DNA of 64,000 nt from an uncultured Actinomycetes bacterium (lineage in GTDB: Bacteria; Actinomycetota; Thermoleophilia; UBA2241). Under the pieces are notes generated by a model that was given only the letters and a program-made list of their open reading frames with translations, was not told the origin of the DNA and did no database searches. Location: assembly GCA_963725665.1 (NCBI GenBank), contig CAVRZA010000006.1, positions 352,001 through 416,000 of the forward strand, given 5' to 3'. The translations under genes and the position numbers were made by a program. This document shows, one piece after another, positions 57,959-64,000 of the stretch (position 1 is the first letter of the stretch; each line of letters begins with the position of its first letter).

Positions 57959-60387
57959 TCACGCCGGCGAGCTGACTCTGACCTCACCGAGCTCGACAAC
58001 CTGGTGAGCCACGTCGGTCCCATAGTCGTGACACGTGAAGAGGATGACCTGCCGGTCGCTCGCGACTTCCTTCAGCAGTGCCAGGGCCTTGGCGCGACGG
58101 CCAGAGTCGGCGTGGCCCAGCGGATCGTCGAGGAGCCAGAACGGGCGCCGCTCATGGATCAACGCCTCGGAGAGGGCCACCCTCGCCGCGAGGTAGACCT
58201 GGTCGAGTGTGCCGCTCGAGAGCTGCGGGGCGGCGGCGGCTATCCACTCGGGCCCTTCGCCGCTCGCGCGGTGAACCTCGATCGACAGGGTCTCTGGATC
58301 GACGCGCACCTCGTCGTAACGGCCGTCGGTGACTACGGAGAGCATCTCGCCGGTGCGGCGCGCCACCAGCCCGGCGACGTTGCCTCCTACAGTGAGGCGC
58401 GCCTCGGCCAGCACCTCGCGGACCAGCTCGAGCACCTCGACGCGGCGGCGGAGGCGCGCGGCGCGCGCCTCCGCCGCGCCGAGCGCCTCTTGTGCCGCCT
58501 CGAGATCGGCCGCCTCGTAGGCGCCGTCGAGCTCGCGCTCCCAGACCCGAAGGTCGATCCGCAAGCCGTTCTCGCGCCCTTTGAGCTCGTCGACGTCGGC
58601 CTTGAGACGCACCAGCTCGGCGGCCGGGATGGCGTAGGGTCTCTGGTCTTCGAGGCCCTGCTCGGCCTTGTACGCCTCTTTGGCGGCCATGCGCTTTTCC
58701 TTCTTCAGATCATCCTCGGATGGTAGGTCGGTGAGCCTGCCCTTCGCCAGATTGAGTCGCTTCGCCTGCTCGTCGACCTCCTGCCGTAGCCTGTCGCGGC
58801 GAGCGACGGCGCCCTCGCCCGCCGCCGGCTCGGCGGCAAGCTCTGACCGAAAGCGCTCTGCATCTGCGCGTGCCTTGGCCAGTTCCGTGGTCAGGTCGTC
58901 GATGGTGTCTTCGCCCACGATGGCGGCTAGCCTGTCGGCGGCTCTCTGTAGGGCGCTGGACAGTCCGTCGGCTCGTTCGATGCGCCGCTGGAGCTCGCCG
59001 AGATCGGTCGCCGACAGCTCGAAGAGCCGCCGCTCGAGCTCGACCCGCATAGCTTCGGACTCGCTCACTCTGGTCCTGAGCCCGTCGGCTCCGACGCTGA
59101 CGCGCACTTCGGCGAGATCGTCTATGGTCAGCGCCAGCTCGCCCAGCACCTCGGCCGCCGCGCGCTCGCCCGACGTCAGGTCGAGCCGCCGACCGTCCAT
59201 GCGCAACTCGAGGTCGCTCTTCGCCCTCACCTCTACAGTCGCCTGTTGTGCAGCGGCCAGACCTGCGACAGTCTCGATGGTCGTCTGCGCGTTGATTAGC
59301 CTCTGCACCTCGCCCCGGTCGGGGACGGCGCCAAGGGAACCGAGCGCCTCCGTGGCCTCGCCGCGCTCGCGCTCGCACCGGCGCGCCTCGGCGACGATCT
59401 TCTCGAGGCGCGCCCCGTCTGTCTCGGCCTGTGCCAGACGGCCGGCGAGCAGCTCGCGGTCGGCCGCGGCCTTCGCCTCGATCTCGCCCTCGCGCTCGGC
59501 TGCCTGCAACAACGGGCGCAGACGGTCGAGCTCGTTGGAGGCGGTGACGAGTTGCAGCTCGGCCGCCCGCTGCGCCTCGAGCCTGTCGACGACGCGCTCG
59601 AGGGCGGCATCGGCTGCTTCGTGGCGGTCTTTCGCGGCGGCGTGTGCGGCCGCGCGCTCGAGGGCGCGAGACTTGTCGTTGAGCTCGGCCTGAAGGACCG
59701 GCAGCTCGCGCTGGCCGGCGTAAAAGTCGGCGCGCGTCTTGGCCTGGCCGTCGAGCGCGCGCTGGATCTCGTCGCGTTTCGCACGCGCTTTCAGGACGTC
59801 GTCGTCCGCCTTCCACAGGCCGACGGTACGCTTGCTTCGGTGGCCTGATCTCGCGGATCTCTTTGTCGAGCCGCTCGTCGATAGCGCCGAGGTCGACGTC
59901 ACCGACACCCGATATCTTCTGCTCGAGAAGAACGCGCAGGTCGTCGCCCGCCTCGCCCACCTTCTGCAGCTCGTCGGCCTGCACGCAGACGGTGCTGCGC
60001 ACCAAGCGACTCGGTCTCGAGCCCGAGAAGCCCGGCCACCTTGGCTGCGATCGTCTTCTTGTCGTGCCACTCGTCGCCCGTGGTCGCATTGCGCAACAGG
60101 TTCTTCTTGGCCGCGTAGTCGCGCCGGAGAAGGTACTCATCGCCGTCGACCTCGAGCATGAGCTCGACCACAGGGCGCGAGGAGAGCCCCCAGGTGATGG
60201 CCTGCGCGATCTCTCTGGCGGTGCTGCCGGCATCGCGGAACAGAGCGAAGAACACCGCTTCGACGAGCGAGCTCTTGCCGGCCTCGTTCGGGCCCCTGAC
60301 GAGCACGAGGCCGTCGTCAAGCTCGATGGAGAACTCGGGCAGGTTGCGGAACCGCTGCAGCGACAGACCGGCGAGACGTGTGCTCAC
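57959..60387 (-). CDS. Rad50/SbcC/YhaN-like SMC-type ATPase, frameshift near 60005
   Basis: Walker A GPNEAGKS in ORF 59899..61167; coiled coil, LSSGTLDQ and LLDDP in ORF 57959..60070. Confidence 0.85.
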
Positions 60388-61469
60388 GGCCGGTCCCCAG
60401 CGAGACGGGAAAGGCCTTCGGCGATCGCTTCGTCGAGGAGATCTTGGTCGAGCCGTGGAAAGCGCTCTCGCAGCAGGCGCACGAACTCGCCGGCGATGCT
60501 GCCCACGGGCGCCTCGACCCCGCTGACGCGCAGACGCAGGCGCGCGTCGTCGATCTCGGTGAACAGCGCCTCTGAGCGCGCGTCGCCGATGCGTTCGCTC
60601 AGGGTTGCGGCCAGGCGCGGGTCGTCGGTGGTGCCGGTGTATATCACGCGCACGACGTCGACGGAGAGACCGTCGCCCGGTTCGCGGCGAAGCTCGGCAA
60701 GGGCGTCGTCGGCGGACATGCCGGGCACGACATGGGCCGCAACCTCTGCGAAGCGGACCGACGCGACCGCCCTCGCCTCGATCGCACCGGAGGACAGATC
60801 GACGAGCGCCGCGGCACCGGAGCCGCGGAAGTCGAACGGCTGCGGAGCACCGCAGTACAGGGCCCGCACCGGCCCCGGCACCTCGAACCAGGTGTGCCAG
60901 TGACCAAGCGCCACGTAGTCCATCGCCGTAGCGCGGATGTCGTCGCCGGTGATGGGATAGTCGCTTTCGTCGACCTCCATGGCGTCTTGGTAGGACCCAT
61001 GCGCCAGGGCGACATTGAAGCGCGCGTCGCCCGGCCGCAGCCCCACCAGGGGGCTCACCGGGTTGCGGTTGGTCGTGTTGACTCGCGCGTGAAAGGCCAC
61101 ATCGCCCACGACGATCGTGGATGGCTCGGGGTCGCTGAAGAGGTGCACGTGCGCCAACTCGCGCCACTCCGGCCGGCGATACACGCTGCCGCCGTCGAGG
61201 CAGTCGTGCGTGCCGGGGATGATGACGATCGGCAGCGGCGCCAGCTCGCGCAGCGCGGAGAACGCCCCGTCGCGGACGGCACGACCGACATCGTTGGAGT
61301 CGAAGAGGTCGCCGGCGATGACGAGCGCATCGGCGCCCGCTTCGACGGCGACCTGCCCGAGACGCGGAATGACCCGGCGTAGCTCGTCGGCAAGCCTGCT
61401 CTGCGCGTCACCGAAGCGAGCGAAGCTCTTACCGAGGTGGATATCGGCGGTGTGGAGAATGCGCGGCAT
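60384..61469 (-). CDS. Mre11/SbcD/YhaO-like DNA repair exonuclease
   Basis: HTADIHLG, AGDLFD, PGTHD, AHGS, ALGHWH, YCGAP. Confidence 0.9.
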   Translation of the reverse strand: MPRILHTADIHLGKSFARFGDAQSRLADELRRVIPRLGQVAVEAGADALVIAGDLFDSNDVGRAVRDGAFSALRELAPLPIVIIPGTHDCLDGGSVYRRPEWRELAHVHLFSDPEPSTIVVGDVAFHARVNTTNRNPVSPLVGLRPGDARFNVALAHGSYQDAMEVDESDYPITGDDIRATAMDYVALGHWHTWFEVPGPVRALYCGAPQPFDFRGSGAAALVDLSSGAIEARAVASVRFAEVAAHVVPGMSADDALAELRREPGDGLSVDVVRVIYTGTTDDPRLAATLSERIGDARSEALFTEIDDARLRLRVSGVEAPVGSIAGEFVRLLRERFPRLDQDLLDEAIAEGLSRLAGDRP

Positions 61470-61565
61470 CTCGCGGACTGGTCCTCCTTGGGCCGTGAGG
61501 ATAGCACAGCGGCCAGACGGACCACGGCTTCGGGGTACACTACCGCCACGATGACGTTGCGAGGC

Positions 61566-62735
61566 ATGAGCGAACGCGATCCGGTGACCGTCGGCGTCCT
61601 GCTCGCGGGGGGTGTGGCCAGGCGGATGGGCAGCGACAAGCGCGGCCTGCGCCTCGGCGACCGCACCCTGCTCGAGCGCAACCTCGGCTTCTTGCAGAAT
61701 CTCTTCCCGACCGTCGCCGTGTCGCTGCGGGAGGGCCAGGGAGTGGAGCTCCCGATGGGCAGTCTCACCGAGGTGATCGTCGACCGCTACGAGAGCTCGC
61801 CGCTGGCCGGCATCGCGACCGCCCTAGAGCGCTTCGAGACGCCCATCTTCGTGCTCGCGGCCGACATCGCCTTTCCCGACGAGGGCGCCGTGACGGAAGT
61901 CCTCGACGCGTATCGCGGTGCCGACATCGTGGTGCCCATCGTCGACGACAAGCTCGAGCCGCTGCACGCGGTGTACAGTCCGCGCTGTCTGCCGGCCATG
62001 CGCAGGCTCCTCGCGCGCGGACGTCACCGCGTCCTCGACATCTTCCCCGACGTGCGCACGGTCACCGTGCCCTTCCCCACGGTCGAGCCCTTTTGGAACG
62101 TCAACACGCCGGAGGAGTACGAGCGGGCCAGGCAGCGCCTGGCGGAGGCCGCGGCCCACGCCGCTCTCGACACGCCTCAGACCGTGGGCATGAAAGCGGT
62201 GCCGACGGGCGACGAGCGTGCTGCCCACTGGAATCAGCCGGCGCTCGTCGCCGTCGTGGGCAAGAGCGACAGCGGCAAGACCACTCTGATCGAGAGCCTC
62301 ATCCCCGAGCTCAAGCGTCTCGGGCTGCACGTGGGCGCCGTCAAGCACGACGTGCACGGCTTCGACATCGACGTCCCCGGCAAGGACTCCTGGCGTCACG
62401 GACGCGCCGGGGCGGACGCGTACGTCGTCTCCTCCCCAGAGAAGCTGGCCTACGTCGGCAACGTCGAGCAAGAGGTCTCGCTCCAGGAGATCGCCCGCCG
62501 CTTCTTCGCCGGCTTCGACATCGTTGTGGCCGAGGGTTACAAGGACTCGTCCCCCCACAAGGTCGAGATCTTCCGTCGCGCGGCCGGACACGACGTGCCC
62601 CTCTGCGCCCCCAGCGAGGCGATCGCCCTGATGACGGACGCCGACCTGCAGCACGAGCAGCGGTTCGCGCTCGGCGAGGAAGCGCGCCTGGCGCGCTTCC
62701 TCGCCGAGCGCCTCGCCGAGCTGCGCCGCTACTGA
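61566..62735 (+). CDS. mobAB: Fused molybdenum cofactor guanylyltransferase MobA / MobB
   Basis: LAGGVARRMGSDK, EPLHAVY, NVNTPEE; then VGKSDSGKTT, KHDVH..D.PGKDS, EGYK. Confidence 0.9.
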   Translation: MSERDPVTVGVLLAGGVARRMGSDKRGLRLGDRTLLERNLGFLQNLFPTVAVSLREGQGVELPMGSLTEVIVDRYESSPLAGIATALERFETPIFVLAADIAFPDEGAVTEVLDAYRGADIVVPIVDDKLEPLHAVYSPRCLPAMRRLLARGRHRVLDIFPDVRTVTVPFPTVEPFWNVNTPEEYERARQRLAEAAAHAALDTPQTVGMKAVPTGDERAAHWNQPALVAVVGKSDSGKTTLIESLIPELKRLGLHVGAVKHDVHGFDIDVPGKDSWRHGRAGADAYVVSSPEKLAYVGNVEQEVSLQEIARRFFAGFDIVVAEGYKDSSPHKVEIFRRAAGHDVPLCAPSEAIALMTDADLQHEQRFALGEEARLARFLAERLAELRRY

Positions 62736-62853
62736 CTGCGCCGGACGCCACCCGTCCCTCCCCGCAACACCCACCGCGACACGAGTGTCCTGCTCGCCTG
62801 TTGCGGGCGGTGACGCCCGGGCACGACTGCCCCGACGGGCCGGGCGGCTCCGC

Positions 62854-62883
62854 CTTGATTGTCTCCAGTGCAGGCCGTAGAGT
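62854..62883 (+). promoter_or_regulatory. Probable tatA promoter
   Basis: TTGATT-17-TAGAGT. Confidence 0.45.
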
Positions 62884-62977
62884 GGTGCGAGCAGCCACTT
62901 CTCGTGCGGCGGCCGGTCGGGCGGGGAGAGACTGCCGGGGCCCGGCCCCTTCCCGAAAGCGATCGAAGAGAGCAGGC

Positions 62978-63355
62978 ATGCCAAGCATCGGTTGGCCAGA
63001 GATCATCATCGTCCTCGTCATCCTGCTGGTCATCTTCGGCCCCAAGCGCCTTCCCCACCTCGGCAAGTCGATAGGCCAGAGCGTGCACCACTTCAAGAGA
63101 GGCATCAAAGGCGAGGACGAAGACGAGCAGCAGGAACAGATCGAAGCCACGCCGGCGCGGCTGAACCAAGCGCAGACGAGCGCTCCGGCTCAGCCCGTGC
63201 CGCAGCCGGCTCCATCCGAGCAGCAGGCGCTTGCGCCCGTCGCCACGACCCAGGCTGTCTCGGGATCAGTTCCGGCCGCTCCGGAGCCCCCCGCGGCGGT
63301 GCCGCCGGCAGCCGAAGTGCCGGAGCCGGGCGAGCGCAGCGCGACCCAGGTCTGA
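62978..63355 (+). CDS. tatA: Twin-arginine translocase TatA/E
   Basis: IGWPEIIIVLVILLVIFGPKRLP.LGKSIG; Pro/Ala-rich tail. Confidence 0.92.
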   Translation: MPSIGWPEIIIVLVILLVIFGPKRLPHLGKSIGQSVHHFKRGIKGEDEDEQQEQIEATPARLNQAQTSAPAQPVPQPAPSEQQALAPVATTQAVSGSVPAAPEPPAAVPPAAEVPEPGERSATQV

Positions 63356-63407
63356 CGGGTCGAGGAGCGACGCGCGAACGGCATCCGCCGGCGCGCGACG
63401 CGCGGTC

Positions 63408-63899
63408 TCACTTAGGCGTGAGCAGACAGACGGCCGTCGCCGAGATGCCCTCGCGACGGCCCTCGAAGCCCATGCCTTCGGTCGTCTTGGCCTTGACCCA
63501 GACGTTCTCGACACCGGTCTCCAGAGCCTCAGCGAGACGCTCGCGCATGCGCTGACGGTGCTCGGCGAGACGCGGCTCCTCGAGAACGGCCACGACGTCG
63601 ACGTTGCCCACGCGCCAGCCCCACTCACGCACTTGCCTCATGACGCCGGCAAGCAAGTCGACGCTGGCAGCGTCCCCGTATGCCGGGTCGCTGTCGGGGA
63701 AGAGCACGCCGATGTCGGCCAGACCGGCGGCGCCCAGCACGGCGTCGATTACGGCGTGGGTCACGACGTCGGCGTCGGAGTGCCCGACGAGCCCCAGCGG
63801 GTAGCCGATCTCGACGCCTCCCAGCACGAGCCGCCGTCCAGCGCCGAAACGGTGGGCGTCGTAACCGACCCCTACTCTTGCGTCTCCGCGGTCAGACGT
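63408..63899 (-). CDS. ispF: 2-C-methyl-D-erythritol 2,4-cyclodiphosphate synthase (no canonical start)
   Basis: RVGVGYDAH upstream of the called ORF, GHSDADV, DIGVLFPD, KAKTTEGMGFEGR. Confidence 0.93.
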   Translation of the reverse strand, partial: TSDRGDARVGVGYDAHRFGAGRRLVLGGVEIGYPLGLVGHSDADVVTHAVIDAVLGAAGLADIGVLFPDSDPAYGDAASVDLLAGVMRQVREWGWRVGNVDVVAVLEEPRLAEHRQRMRERLAEALETGVENVWVKAKTTEGMGFEGRREGISATAVCLLTPK

Positions 63900-64000
63900 C
63901 GGCCTCGACCTCCCAGGACAGCACGGCGCCGGCCAGCGGCAGATCGCCGGGCGTGGTTATCTTGACGTTGCCCGGCGTCGAGGGCACGACGACCACGCGC
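63892..64000 (-). CDS. ispD: C-terminus of IspD (partial at the window edge)
   Basis: RVVVVPSTPGNVKITTPGDL motif directly upstream of ispF. Confidence 0.8.
   Translation of the reverse strand, partial: RVVVVPSTPGNVKITTPGDLPLAGAVLSWEVEADV

Noticed and set aside
1-64000. CRISPR array, transposase, prophage, or selenocysteine/pyrrolysine readthrough
   Set aside because: No spaced direct repeats or mobile-element genes were seen; the broken genes are explained by frame changes, not in-frame stops.

Overview
High-GC bacterial chromosome segment, probably from an anaerobic or facultative Actinomycetota (Thermoleophilia-like; inferred from gene content and leaderless promoters). Left to right: (1) a TetR-controlled catabolic operon (Tat-exported Liv-type ABC transporter, PuuE-like deacetylase, C45 hydrolase, hydantoinase/oxoprolinase A+B, saccharopine-dehydrogenase-like enzyme), followed by a remnant of a second tetR; (2) DadA-like oxidoreductase and an atypical enolase-superfamily gene; (3) NifV-like synthase, LeuC/D-like aconitase and isocitrate-type dehydrogenase, interrupted by a cyclophilin and dcd; (4) gatCAB and csp; (5) an uncharacterised Lrp / APC permease / metallophosphoesterase / nucleotidyltransferase-like operon, my best candidate for an undescribed system; (6) fhs-fchA-folD plus HydC/HydB-type bifurcating subunits with no catalytic subunit; (7) larC, trehalose genes, SDR, hydrolase, orphan ImmA/IrrE, dtxR-feoB, M23 peptidase, tRNA-Gly(CCC), two aminopeptidases, orphan blaI, argS, rlmH, a V4R-GGDEF protein with an apparent ATA start, His-rich 5-formyl-THF cyclo-ligase, an Mre11/Rad50-like pair, mobAB fusion, tatA, ispF and ispD. 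About six single-base frameshifts suggest long-read indel errors. No CRISPR array, rRNA, integrase or transposase was seen. All calls come from motif recognition by eye; no searches were run.
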